NCBI GenBank assembly: GCA_965235115.1
Contig: OZ249441.1
Coordinates: 30,442,001 to 30,506,000 of the forward strand
DNA: 64,000 bases
Direction: 5' to 3'
Origin: Laetmonice hystrix
Lineage: Eukaryota
Positions 50,201-63,612 of the stretch are shown one piece after another (position 1 is the stretch's first letter; every line of letters starts with the position of its first letter). A program made the position numbers and the translations under genes. The notes beneath the pieces were generated by a model that was not told the origin of the DNA, ran no database searches, and saw nothing but the letters and a program-made list of their open reading frames with translations.

Positions 50201-53200
50201 TCACCCAACATCTACGTGATGGTCATCACAACAGCATTGTGTTATAATAGTTTGGCATGTCCTTAAACAAGATCGAGAATGTTAGACAGATGTACTGATA
50301 TAGCCCCTATCCTTTATCTTTCTATGGATCACGATACGGAACCCTATGATATTAATACGGCCTAGTAATTGAAAAGAAAACACCAAACTCGTGGATCATT
50401 GTTGTGCCGAAACACCCTATCAATCTGCACAGATATATCATGTAATCTGTAAGATATGAAAATATTGCTGGGTTTACCACCCCGGCCGAATAACGTTATA
50501 TTGGCCATGTTTCACCATTCTGCATGGGTGATAGCGTATTACACAAAAGGGGAATGGCTGGACCACGGTTTGCCAACGGATAAGTGCAGTCAAGCCATTA
50601 GTAGTATAACCATTATACTCCTCCCATCTTAACCTCAACCCCCTGAAAGACCTATAACGGAGGACCTCTAATGACCTTCATTGTGCAGTCCACTTACGGC
50701 ATGGACCCGACTCTCCGCCAACCCGCCATGCTGTCCAGCCAGGGGGGATGTCTGAGTGGAGGGTCAGTCCGTTAAAGGGGTCGACGTCCGTGCATGTCGC
50801 AGAGAACACATGTCTGTTACCTATCTAGCGCAGTGAACACACCTGATAACTGCTACAACACCCATTTACAGACTGATTAGACCAAGTCTATGTGGACTTC
50901 CCGTGGGGACGTTCCTATGTCTGCTTAAAACATTTTCTTTTATCTCGTCTCGAATTCACTACTTAGAGTGTGCACTTTCATCTCCAAAGTACGCAGATAC
51001 ACTTTTAGAGCAGTCTATGGGCCGTTTTTCGAATGTTTTTTTAAAGGTATCCATTGTTCCATCCCTTGCGTTGCAAGACAACCTTTAAATATATCCATTT
51101 GACTGTACTCCAGGCCATTTTCGAGTCGAGTATTCTCGACATAGCCCGAGTTACCACCGTTGTTCCTTTTATCATGGAAGCCCTAACCTTGGGAATGTCG
51201 ATAACTGAACTAAGACCCCCCCCCCCCCCAAGAAAAGGGAAGAAAATTTGATGTCGAAGGTTTTTAATGGTTGCTAGGAATGATACTGATTGACGATACA
51301 TCTACACTGCACGACTGTGTATGTGGCTATCATCAATACGTCATTGTCGACGTATAATAATGGGAAGGTGTTATATCTATACGCGATATTGTTGGTTAGG
51401 GCTCATTTCGCTTCTTACATTACGGTCTGATTGCATTCTGCATGTCTGATGCCGTCCCTGAGCCCCATCGTTAGCGCCATGTAGCAGGGATTGACGGCCT
51501 GATTTCTTACGGTAGCCGGCCGGCCTACAGCCGAGCCAGACCGGTCGCCGGCGCCAGGCGGCACTGCTGACGAACAAGTCCAGTTTGATCATCAGGCATT
51601 CCGCCCATCACGCAGCCAATCCCCGCGACACTCAGCCGAGCATCAGCAACCTATATTCCAGGGAGAACAATCAACCTTCGTTACAGAACATGTCAGTTTG
51701 TCGACTTTGGTGATGGATTCCGACTTGATTAAGTTAGGCTCTGGTCACTCGCCATGGATGAAGGATAGCTCCCTCGACGGAAGGTGAATATGTCACGGAA
51801 CTTTGAGCGCGGATGTGACATCGGAAACGGACACAAGTCTTTTGGAATAGCCGATGTCATATTGTTATTCTTTATGATTACCCTTTGTATTTATGGCGTG
51901 TCTATGGAGGAAGGAACTATATTTTTTGCGAACGTTTATATTTTTATATTTTTATTTTATATTTTTATTTTTTATACACGTTAAAATACGACGGTCTCAG
52001 TCATTTCATGACGGCAACCACTCCACCGTCGCAACGGAAAGCCACAAAAGAAGCCCCGGTCATACGTAGGGCTTTGTTTCCAAAGCTTCGGGACAATTAT
52101 CCCAACAAAGAACCTTACCCTTGTTGCTTTTGTTCTGTCGAAAAAGCCTTTTCTGGCGCGGAGTAGATGGTTTTGATTTGTGTGCACATGTGTTCTTGTG
52201 AGGGAATAAGAAGTGTGTGTGTATGTGGGGGGGGATGTTTGTCAAGGTTGACTGGCCAGCTAGAGTCTAACTGCACTGTCAACTCTTTATACAATCATTT
52301 TACACCACAACTGAAAAATAGCGCCCTAACTACCCAACCGCCCAGGACGTCTGGTCATAAAACAAACGATTTTTAAACCTTTCCAAGGCGTAGCTTTTCG
52401 AGGCCTTAATGAGGCGAAGTCGCAAAACAACCCCGGGAGTGATTAACACGTTTCCGTATGGCAACCTGTCGACAGCTTGGAGGCCGTCAGGACAGGGACT
52501 GGGCGGAAATTGAAAGCCTTCTTTCATCACGCCACGCGCAGAGTCGACCTTCTAAAGCTGGGAATACGTCTACATTATATAGACTGCTGTATTGTCCTCG
52601 CTTTTAACTCCCTACGACTAAACAATTTATGTGTATGTGTATGTCAAAATGCTCATTTGGTTATCCAATTTTAAACCGTAATGATTTGACGGAGATAAAT
52701 AATTTAAGCATAATTGCCATTTTAAATCCAATTATGCATGATTAAAATATCAACCTGGATTCGCACCTGCATTTTGTTCTCTGAAATAAATGGCACAGTT
52801 CCGGTAGTTAAGTATTTATCTCATTGATAAATATATCATAAATGCCTACAGTAGACGTGATATTGCCGCCTTAATGCCGAAAACTCTCGTTTATTAGCCG
52901 CAGGCTATAGGTTACCTATTCCCTCGGTCAGATAGTTAAATTAGGCAATACGTACACGGTCTATATTAAATCTAGGAGGCGTAATTTCTACACTTTAAAT
53001 TTACTTCTGTATATACTGAAAAATATATCAATATTCTCGAAGTGAATGTTGGATTCCTAGCAGAGGAAATACCTTCTTCGCTGTTGTCCCCTGTCATTGC
53101 TCAGAGGAAACTTACCGACTTGGACTGGGCTTTGTGTTCTGAGTGCACAGAACATGTATGTATATGAGGGGGGGGGGGGGCTGTAGGGGTGGGCGCGAGT

Positions 53201-53452
53201 TTGTGTGAACAGAGAAAGGCACCAATACAAATGGTAGGAGGTTTGCTGAAGTGATGCTCAATTGCATCACCATTAGAAGAGAGTTTTTTAAAGGAAATTG
53301 ATCTTGACTGGTCGATGGTCTAACAGTCAGTGCTGAGGAGGGAAAAAAATCTTTAGGAATTCAGTCGTGGCTTTTAGAGCAGCTATACGGAAATTGGTAC
53401 TTTGCGCCCAGACAGCGTATGAGAAGGGGAGCATGGGCCCAGATATGCCTAA

Positions 53453-54631
53453 TAGTCTGGGAGCCAGCGTCCTAAAATTTTGGTTTTGTTGCACCCCCCT
53501 GGCAACATTGTACACCCTATTTTTTCTGAAAGTATGATATTTCAGGGGCAAAATGAGCCCGGGTGTAGGTTTCTATCATATTGCATAAGTGAGTAACAGC
53601 CCAAAATCAAAGATGGCCGCCATTTAACTGGAACCGGGCCATATTTCAGGTCCCAGCGGACATATTTTGATGAAATTTGAGTCGATTCTGAAGTTTATCT
53701 AGATGCTGAATACATTTCTGACATTTCCAAAATTCAAGATGGCCACCAAATCCAGGATGGCCGCCATCTAAACGGGAAATGGCCATGTTTCACCTGCAAG
53801 TGGAGCTATATTGATTAAGTTTGAGCTGATTCCGAGGTTTATACAGAGGCTGAATCCATTTGTGACATGCTGAATACATTTCTTACATTTTCAAAATTCA
53901 AGATGGCCGAAAAATCCAAGATGGCGGCAATTTAACTGAAAATAGCTGGATTTCTGGATTTCAGCTCCCAGCGGCCCAATTTTGATGAAATTTGAGTCGA
54001 TTCCGAAGTTTATCTAGATGCTGAATACATTTCTGACATTTCCAAAATTCAAGATGGCCACCAAATCCAAGATGGCCGTCATCTAAACGGGAAGTCAGCT
54101 CAAACTTGATCAATATAGCTCCACTTGCAGCTGAAACATGGCCATTTCCCGTTTAAATGACGGCCATCTTGGATTTGGTGGCCATCTTGAATTTTGGAAA
54201 TGTCAGAAATGTATTCAGCATCTAGATAAACTTCGGAATCGACTCAAATTTCATCAAAATTGGGCCGCTGGGAGCTGAAATCCAGAAATCCAGCTATTTT
54301 CAGTTGAATTGCCGCCATCTTGGATTTTTCGGCCATCTTGAATTTTGAAAATGTAAGAAATGGATTCAGCATCTGGATAAACCTCAGAATTGTCTCAAAT
54401 TTTATCAAAATCTGTCCACTGGGACCTGAAATATGACCCGGTTCCAGTTAAATGGCAGCCATCTTTGATTTTGGGCTGTTACTCATTTATGCAATATGAT
54501 AGAAACCTACACCCGGGCTCATTTTGCCCCTGAAATATCATACTTTCAGAAAAAATAGGGTGTACAATGTTGCCAGGGGGTGCAACAAACTCCATTTTTA
54601 AGGCCCTTTCTCAGCATGGGCTCCCAGACTA
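53453..54631. mobile_element. 1179-bp non-autonomous foldback DNA transposon, Academ-like (tentative)
   Basis: Perfect 13-bp TIR TAGTCTGGGAGCC / GGCTCCCAGACTA with a 3-bp TSD TAA (53450-52, 54632-34). The ~500-bp inverted arms are built from CAAGATGGC-containing subunits. Confidence 0.8.
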
Positions 54632-57600
54632 TAACTCAGATATCCCAGTATTCAATACATTCACATGCAGCGAGTATGTTTTCATACTTGAACCTCATTT
54701 TCCTGAATGACGCGGACCAAATGGAGGTTCCTGCCCTGGAACTTAAGGAGGGCTGACATTGCTTACACAGTCTTTTTATAATCTGTTCATAATGTTAGCA
54801 AGAATTCGAAAAGGAAGAAATGGTCATCCTACTGGACTAAATCTGGGTTCACTTATTAGCACCAGGATAATGAGATAGATATATCACCCAATGAACGCTA
54901 AACAGGAAAAATACTGGTACCGATTATTGCCATTAACTTTTCGTCTTCGCCAGTCGATGGCCAGACATAAGGGGAGGAGAGACACTCTCGACAGCGCTGA
55001 CGGACATCTTTGATACAAGAGAAACACAACCTCCAATGGTGGCTACTATACCACAGTGCACCTCACACTGTTTGGCGATCCCGTCTCAATTTGACATAAT
55101 TGTCTAATCACGAACCTGTGCCAGAAGTGTTATTATGATGGCGGACAACTTATTTGGTGTCAGTTCCTGCTTTGGGGGAGGAGATCGCCAAAGTGATGTT
55201 CCGCCACCGACCATAGACGACTCCCGTCACTTTATCTGCTTAATTAAAGCTCCAGGTCACTCTATTCATCCCCACATCAAACATCCCCTAGACTTACATC
55301 TGCATCCATCTGCAGGCCAGCAGTGGTTATCTTCATTATTGGTTTCTTTTGAAGGACCCCTGGCCTGCTTCGGCAATTTTATTCCTCTCATCTAACGGAT
55401 AATTTCGAGTGAAAAGTCACAAAGCCCTGATATCCCATTTCCTCGGTTCAATTATGATTGCATATCGTACAAAAAAGGGCCCGGTTTTGACGGGAGAAAG
55501 CCCGCGGCATGACATGGGTGAAGATTAAGAGCAGATGAAACAGACTTGATACAATTTTTCTCTGCGGCTACCGCTCCAGATAATATTGAATGTTCGGTGT
55601 GCCGTTTCGAAAGCTAACATGTTAGTATCCCATCTTTTCTAGTTGCAGTGGTTGGAAGATTTGAGGTAATTCATCATCATAAACAGGCCTTTTGATGTTA
55701 GGAGCAATATTCTGGATGCTTGGTTACATCTGCCAACGTCTATGTGAATACATGAGCGATGGACAGTCTCGAGAAAATAAATCTTTAAAACACGGGCGTT
55801 CGGGTGGACGAAGTCCATGGACATCATGCAGGCGAGAACGTCGCCCAGAATCGGGAACACTGGGCAACCTGGGGCAATCCTACACGGGAGGAGAAAGCAC
55901 TCGTCTCTCTCGGAACGTAAAAACGTCTTGGGAACACATGCTCTAAACTGACGATTACAAAGATTGGTCTGCATCGAAATAAAGGCTCAAGGTTACATTC
56001 ATGTTAATTTGTCCAGATTATCGGGTTTTAAAAGGCACGTATTGCCTATTTCGTTTGTTTGACGTTAAAAGCGTTTAATAGGGAAGTACAGGAAAATCGG
56101 AAGGAATTGTCAACATTAGGTGTAGAACTATTGGTTTCAAGAGAATTGAGGCGAGGGGGAAGTGAGGGGGTGGGGTCCTTCTAAACAAACAATGAATCAT
56201 TACCTAAGGGCCATAGTGACACTCAGGACCTTTCTTTATATTTAGGACCTTTCAATAGTAATTCTCCACGAGTACTGTCTGTGGATGGCGGTAGGGCTGC
56301 GATAAGCGTTCTGCGTGATCGCCGCTGCTGGCCGTACGATCATACCTCAGGGACGGGAAGGACTGAAGATCCTTCTACCATTATCTCCTTGTCATTGGTG
56401 GCGCTCGCCTCAACCAGTTTTTGTGCTGTCTTAATGATCCATACCCTGTAGCACCTGCGAAGAAACTGGGCGGCCCAAAGGGACAGAAGTCAGATGAACA
56501 TGACAGGCTTGTTGCTATGCTGGTCAATCGGTGGCAAATTCGAGATTACATTATTTGACAATCGGGGTGAGGCGTCTGGGATGCTGAGTAGGATGCACAC
56601 TTCGTGGTGCTTGAAATTGAAATGGAGTTTGTCTTGTTGCACGTGTACGTAGATTTTCGTCACAACGAACATACCATATGACACCTCAAATATTTACAGG
56701 TCGTCCTCCCATTATAGACCTTTAAGAGTGTATTTTTGTTAGAAACTCACAATAATTACTTTCTATCATTTATATATGACCACCCCCACCATTCAGAAAC
56801 AATTCATGTTCGACCTATGCATGAGATTTTATGGGTCCGAGCGTATATCTGTAAGTCGGTAACTGGAATGGGAAACTTATTTTGGAATATGTTTCAAGTC
56901 GTGATGAAATAATGCGAGTTGTACTTTCTGCATGACGAGATCCCTTTTATCACAGGTCATGCGATGGCGTTGGTTGGTGGCTTCACGAATATCTTGGTTG
57001 CTGTGCCCACGATCCTGGACAGAAGAACCTTGCAAACACTGACCAATAGTATCGATATTCACAAAGTCAGTCTGTGGCTTTGGGGCTCCCGAATCAACCG
57101 AGAGGTGAAACGAACATAACTAGATCACCCTACAGGAGGAAGGAATGTCTCCCCCCTGGCTCTTTCCGAACGGTGCTGTCAATATTTGTGATGTGTGGCA
57201 ACTTTAGCATGAAATTAGGTTTACTGTAGGTCTCCCACAGGGCTCTGGCGGCTTCCCTTTAATTGTCGAGCGGATAACCGATTTTTGGAGCGTCAGAGGA
57301 GCATTCAGCATCGAAAGAACAAAGAAATGCAATGATTGTCTTCTGGATCCTGCAGAGTAAACCTCGTTTGGTATTCTTTGTGCTAAAAATTTTCAAATAA
57401 AAAAATAATCGTGACCAATATAGACATGACATTTATATTGATTACTATGTAGATGGGTTCGTCCATAATTTGTTATTCGGACTTATCTTTTGAGCAGTGA
57501 TCCTTGAGCGTTTGGCAGTGGTGTTAAACTCTGAGAAGCACGAACAGGCTGAGATTGAAAACATGGAGAGGGATATAATTTTTGTTATCTATGACTCGAA

Positions 57601-57879
57601 TATAAGATGAATTTACCCTGATAACTAACAATAATTTCATTCTCCCTAAAGGTGACATGATTGCTGCTACATTCTATAGCCAGGTAGCATTATGTGTTGA
57701 AGCAACATTAGTGTTATGCTTATACTCTATTTGAAAAAAAGATGCCAATTGATTTCTAACAGGAGGAAGTTAACAGGCAAATGAAACACGCTTTTTCATT
57801 TTAATATGTGAAATGAGACTTTGGTCGTGACCAACAACAGGTACAAGGCACATTCTATAGTCGACGCTAATATTTCGTG

Positions 57880-58145
57880 CTGATGATTTATCCCGTATTG
57901 TTCACAGTATGTACATGTGGTCGATAATACCTGCCTTGATGGCCCCGGAAATTTGACGATGACGTCAGTGGGACTCGCGACGGCAAAAACGTTCATACTG
58001 TATTCATCGACCACCTTTTTGAAACCCCAAATGTTGTGCTGTAATGATGCCAAATGACTTCCTAATTCCACAGCAGCATGGGATGGCGTATTCTTCGAAA
58101 GTAGACCTTACTCAGAATACTAAGCAGCTGGGTCTGACAGTTGGG
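57880..58145 (-). pseudogene. Heavily decayed LINE (CR1/L2-like) reverse-transcriptase remnant
   Basis: Minus-strand fragments occur in the expected order: NCQTQLLSILSKV (cf. NYRPISLLSILSKV), WGFKK (cf. QWGFKKGRS) and EQYGIN (cf. LEHYGIRG). They are separated by frameshifts and stops. Confidence 0.45.
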
Positions 58146-59206
58146 TGTGCTTGTGAAAGAAGGTATCGCTTGGGAAAGCAATGCGTCTGCAAACTGTGAT
58201 ACCCGATACACTAAGTCATTGTCGAACACGCACATCCAGGCAGCATTGTGTAGATCTATCCATTTCTAGCGACATGGATAATGCATTGCACATTGATTGG
58301 AATTTTGAAACTACACTTGGGATTATTCTGATGGGGTTGCACACTGGTTACCAAACTGGTTTAATAGAATTATGATATTACATCTGCTTGTCCTGCGAAT
58401 CAGATTACCGAGTTGTAATGTGTGATAATGGTCAAAGTCCTTCCTGTCATTCAGTCTTATTTTAGTCTTGTAGGCTCATACTCGGGTTTCCCTCACTGGC
58501 GCGGATCCAGAATTTTCGGGGGGGGGGGGGGGGGTCTATGGGGAAATGTGGCAGAAGTTCGTCCAACTTCAGCAATTATGAGGGTCATACCCCCCCCCCC
58601 ATTACGTATACTGGTTCATAATCAAATTATACCTGGCCCCCTCTCTCTCTCCCATACCCGCATGATCTAACATTAGTGCAGCTTCTTTCGGGGGTTTTCA
58701 AGAGAGGGGCAACAAGGCTTAAGGTCTCTTGTATGATGGTGCATCCAGTTTGATGACTTCCAACAGGGTGTCACCAAGGATGTCTCCTAACTCCACGCCC
58801 TGGTCTCCAGTGGTCACACTAGCGCTGTCTCCAGGTCAGCAGAACTATTTCACCTGATCCCAGGGTAGTACTCGAAGCATGCCAATGGCCTCAAACCTCC
58901 AAAGGTGCCCTCTTTCGCCCCAAGCTCATCTTTCGAATTCCTGAAGCCGTCAGAACTGCATTCCATTGGTGTCCTTTACCGAAACCTGAGGCCCAAACGT
59001 TGTTTTAACGATACACTCGGACAGAGAATCCCAATCTTTCTGAATGTACGTGTGGACATCGCCTCCATACCGTTTCAGTTGTTTTTTCTTTGTATTTTTT
59101 ATACGATACTTATTATGATTATTATTCTACGATACAAGAAGACTTCTCATACTGTTCTGATTATAATTATCTACTGGTTGCTAATTTACATTTTATGTGA
59201 TTTCAG

Positions 59207-59627
59207 CTGCAAATGTCGAGTGATACTGAATGATGGCACGGTGATTAAAGATTTCGGCCGGGTCGCCAACTATACGTCATCCGACAGCTCCCACTGCCAC
59301 AAGCTTCACCACGCCTGCAGGAAGACGTGCACCGGGAAGCTGGACCTTCACAAACATCTTCCCGGAACCACCACCACCCTGGGCTATCACTACTGTGACA
59401 AACGAGGCCAGTCGACCCCCTCCAGTGGCGTGCAGGTGCACGCAGCCTGGGAGACCACCAGCTGCCATCAGTACAAGGAGCAGAAGAGCCTGAAGACGGC
59501 CAAACTGTGCTGCGGACACACGCACGTGCCGGTTGCTTCCTTTACCAAAGCGAGCAGGAACGTGCTGGCCAAAGTGCTCGGGTGGAATCCAGACTGCACA
59601 GCACAGACCTTCGTCATCGGAGGATAA
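59207..59627 (+). CDS. Terminal exon of an unrecognised secreted cysteine-rich protein (10 Cys)
   Basis: The acceptor ttttatgtgatttcag at 59206 leaves one base (C), which completes AG+C=Ser with the 44228 donor. It is followed by 139 codons (CKCRVILNDG...WNPDCTAQTFVIGG) with strong C/G third-position bias against AT-rich flanks, then TAA TAA and AATAAA at 59681-59686. Confidence 0.8.
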
Positions 59628-62600
59628 TAATCTGTATTTGTGTGACACTTTCCAACCTTTCTACCGATGTGTAAATCAACAATAAATTTAACACGTATGC
59701 CTACCGTAAAACGTGCATCCATGTAAGGTAATGCAGGTAAGCAATAGAGATCAAGTAGAAACGACTTGTATGTGGTGCATCACATCTCACTTTGTGGCTT
59801 GCAAAGATGCATATGAATAATGCACTGTATAGGCGTTATGGATATCCTCTTTCCTATCCGTACCATCTCTAGGAACAATCTGGAGCGTTATATTACATGG
59901 AAATAACAATACCCTGCGCATCATCCCTCTATATTATATCATGTAACATGAGATATATTTCTATTTTTCAATTGTAAAAGTAAGAATACAAAAAGTGAAG
60001 CGTCCGGAGAAAGTGCAATGGCACCGGGCTGTAATATTTATAAGGTTCTACCGTAACCTGTCTATTCAGGCTGTGCTTGGAGGTGGCATTTTTAGCTTAA
60101 CATAATGCCGTCGGCCAGAGCTTTGCCAGCATAGAAAGGTCATCGCCTTAAAGATAATGCCACGCACGTATGTGTCATAGGGTACCTATAGTCTCCCTTG
60201 CCAGTGTACGTGCTGTTTGTAAGCCGAACCGGGGCAGTACTAGTAGCCATCCTCCTCATGTTCTTGGTTTAGACTGGTACCAGGATTCGCCGCCCTCACG
60301 CGTCTCTGTTTTACGTGAAGGTAATAAAGAGAGGGTCTTCAACGACGGAGGCGTGTAAGGTCAGTCGCGCAGATACAGTCATTCGCAGTTAAACCGATAA
60401 ATCGGTCCATATGATAACATATACCCACAGAGTGTCTCTTAGTAACGCTTGTTAACGCGATTCTAACGCTAAGCTGTCATTTTAATAAAGCTTTATATAA
60501 GCATAGAAGCTGTAGACTTTTGCTGATGAGGTCAGATCAGGTTTGTCACACATCTTGTAAGCAAGGCCTGCATTCAAAGATGGAGAGCCGCCAGGCGTGC
60601 CTTCATAATGATGCGTTATATGAAGTCGGGGTGTAGTTGGGGTTAAAACTTTCAACGACTCGACGATGACGTCTACTAAACGAAAAGTCCAGTATGATTG
60701 ATTGTGCTGGAGCTCCTCAATGTCAGTTGAAACATGCCCATCAAATGAGGCGACACGACGCACTTTCCACCTTCATGATAAAAGAGCCATCAATTCGGCC
60801 GCAAGATGGCGACCAGTCCACCACCGACGTTCGCCGACCGGCAAGGCGGAAGACATAAACAGAGCACGTGCGCCGGCGGGCCATGATCGGGCCCAGTCCG
60901 AGGGCTGGCGGTGGTCGGCTCCGACAGGTTGGCCGTATCACCCGGCACGCGTCGTCGGAGACGTAAATGTAGTGGACGGATGGCGCGAAAAGCTCCGTGC
61001 CATCGTTAGTATACATTATCATTGTCGTCTGTCATCAGAGACAGTCACCGAGCCACTGTTAGTGCTGAGCCGTACCTATCTGCTGGCTACCATATTGGGA
61101 AAATATAACCCACTTGGTACCAATTATATTATAGGCTGACACCCAATTAACAAGCAAACACAAAAATGAATGAATAAATGTAAATAGGATAGACTGTCAT
61201 AATGTATACGTGTACTAAAAATGTTTCTGTAACGCCAAAATGTATACTTATTAGCGTTCGACGGTCCTCGTAACTTTCAAGAAAGGGTAGAAGTTAGGGT
61301 CAACTGAACGCGATTTTTTGAACCGAACCGGCGTTGAATTCAAGTGAGAAGGAATAGGGCCTATTGCAGATATAGGCTACTTGTAATAATCAAGGGTATT
61401 AACTTCAATTGAATAGGTAGGTGTTCGGAACTTGATCTTCACCGCCCAGTGTCCGTGTAAGAGCACTAAAGGGCCGTATCCACTTACAAAGTCGACCGAA
61501 AATGCATGGTTTTGTTGGGCCCCATTACACTGCATGGCATAAATCAGCAGATATATAATGTGAGCACGTAGCCTATAAATATATTGCAGTATACGCCTAT
61601 GTAGGCTCTATTCCTACTTCTGTCTACTATATGGCCAACCACAAAACTTATATGCATGCAATGATCAGAATTTGGCCGGCTGACCGGCTTATAGTGGATA
61701 CAGCCCTTTATTATAGGTTCCTGTAACTAGGTATGTGAACTTCCCCTGCGCCGTCCTGACACCAGTGGTTTCAATATAATTATTATATCGCCCTATACAT
61801 CACCATAAGACCTTGCCCCCATTAGTTTGTATCGGTCAAAATAACGTGTATAATGTAGGTGCAGGTTATGTGCAAATCTTCTTGGCTAAATATTTTCCTG
61901 TGACTCTAACGATTTATGTAGGCGATATCTTCCAAGATATTGTGCTATTTTCCTTTATTTAGTGGTGTCGTATTCCTCTACGAGTATGTTGTACTGGAAA
62001 ACGAGTTAGTTGATGTGCTATGACCACATGCATGCGTGTCCGACAAATGACCTGTTAGAAATATTATAATGTATATCTTTAGTAAAGTTCGATTTATGGA
62101 GATACGTTTTAATAAAAAAAATACAACCATAGTTTTGTAATATTTATACGGCTCTCATATTGCCATAGTAGTGTAAAATATGAGAAATAATGCGGTTGAT
62201 GTATAGAAACGTAATACATGCGGTTATGATGGTTCTGTCAATGTATATGCAGAAAGCAGACGTTAACTCACCTCGAGCCTGGAAGTCCGGTATGCCTTAA
62301 CGTGTTGGTAGAGAAAGAGAGCAGTTACGAAGTGTTACGGGAGGTTGGGTGGCCGGGACCTTCTTCTCTTGGTCGGTTCTTTATTGAATTCAGAAACCAG
62401 AAACAATCAATCAGTTATAACCGCATGCAAATAAAACGCGCTCCGCCTATCCCTCATCTGGAATGTGAAACGGCGTGGTTGGCGTTTATCTCCATGGAAT
62501 CTGGCAGATTGAAATCCTTCCTGGAGACAAAGTGATTGAGTCTAATCCTATAGGTACAGCCTTGACGGTGCATGCAAGAACCTCCTATAAGTGTCAAGGT

Positions 62601-62647
62601 TTGGATTACCTTAGTAAATAAATGCAATTTCGGCGACCATTATAAAA

Positions 62648-63217
62648 ACTATGGCCGTCTTAGTTAGGTCAAGCCGTTGTAGTGGAGATGTGAATGAGTG
62701 TCAGAGAGTGAACTATGGCCGTCTTAGTTAGGTCAGGCCGTTGTACTGGAGATGTGAATGAGTGTCAGAGAGTGAACTATGACCGTCTTAGTTAGGTCAG
62801 GCCGTTGTAGTGGAGACGTAAATGAGTGTCAGAGAGTGAACTATGGCCGTCTTAGGTCAGGCCGTTGTAGTGGAGACGTGAATGAGTGTCAGAGAGTGAA
62901 CTATGGCCGTCTTAGTTAGGTCAGGCCGTTGTAGTGGAGACGTGAATGAGTGTCAGAGAGTGAACTATGGCCGTCTTAGTTAGGTCAGGCCGTTGTAGTG
63001 GAGATGTGAATGAGTGTCAGAGAGTGAACTATGGCCGTCTTAGTTAGGTCAGGCCGTTGTAGTGGAGACGTGAATGAGTGTCAGAGAGTGAACTATGGCC
63101 GTCTTAGTTAGGTCAGGCCGTTGTAGTGGAGACGTGAATGAGTGTCAGAGAGTGAACTATGGCCGTCTTAGTTAGGTCAGGCCGTTGTAGTGGAGACGTG
63201 AATGAGTGTCAGAGAGT
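62648..63217. repeat. 64-bp tandem repeat, 9 copies
   Basis: Unit actatggccgtcttagttaggtcaggccgttgtagtggagacgtgaatgagtgtcagagagtga starts at 62648, 62712, 62776, 62840 (4-bp deletion), 62900, 62964, 63028, 63092 and 63156. Confidence 0.96.
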
Positions 63218-63526
63218 AGTGACAGACAGTGAAGTCTGTCTGGCCGGGGGGATCCGAAGATGGAGACCAAGGGTACGTACTGGAGCTGTTTGTGTGTGGT
63301 GGTGGGGAGGGGGACCTGGCGCCGAATGGGACCATCAGATCGGATCCACGTCAGCACCACGACTCCTGCGTGATAGGTTAGGCTGGCTGGAGGTAGCTGC
63401 AGACACAGAGCTATTATAGCTACACTATAGCTATATAATACACCATCGTCTACAGGTCGGACAATACGAAACATAAGCATGCAGCCAGCAGGTTATTTCC
63501 CCATGATAACTTACACACACAATATT

Positions 63527-63612
63527 TAGGCAGGGGTTCGGGTTAAGGTCAGGGATAGGGACAGGGTAGGGATATGTTTTTGGGAGGTGTAGGGACCAGG
63601 GTCAGGGGTTAG
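63527..63612 (+). repeat. Degenerate (AGGG)-rich tract, G-quadruplex-prone
   Basis: Multiple GGG runs 3-8 nt apart (ttagggcaggggttcggg..agggatagggacagggtaggg). Confidence 0.5.

Noticed and set aside
47279-50500. Several 70-130 aa ORFs and faint RT-like words (e.g. YK..IRPPEY near 47495)
   Set aside because: There is no coherent domain; probably ancient TE debris, but it cannot be assigned by eye.
58905-59206. N-terminal 100 aa of the 240-aa ORF, including a hydrophobic stretch
   Set aside because: It is AT-rich intronic sequence ending in a polypyrimidine tract and CAG; coding-like codon bias starts only at 59207.
59277-59722. 123-aa and 84-aa minus-strand ORFs
   Set aside because: They are antisense to the Cys-rich exon, which has the splice site, stop and poly(A) signal.
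60670-60990. Possible CRE/R2-type retroelement C-terminus (RRHDAL..., GDVNVVD in different frames)
   Set aside because: The motifs are too short and scattered across frames to support without a profile search.
62648-63217. 64-bp array as a CRISPR
   Set aside because: Units are head-to-tail with no unique spacers, there are no cas genes, and the context is eukaryotic.
63270-63404. Exon-like stretch on the minus strand after ctctgtgtctgcag
   Set aside because: No frame gives a recognisable peptide, and no partner exon is visible in the window.
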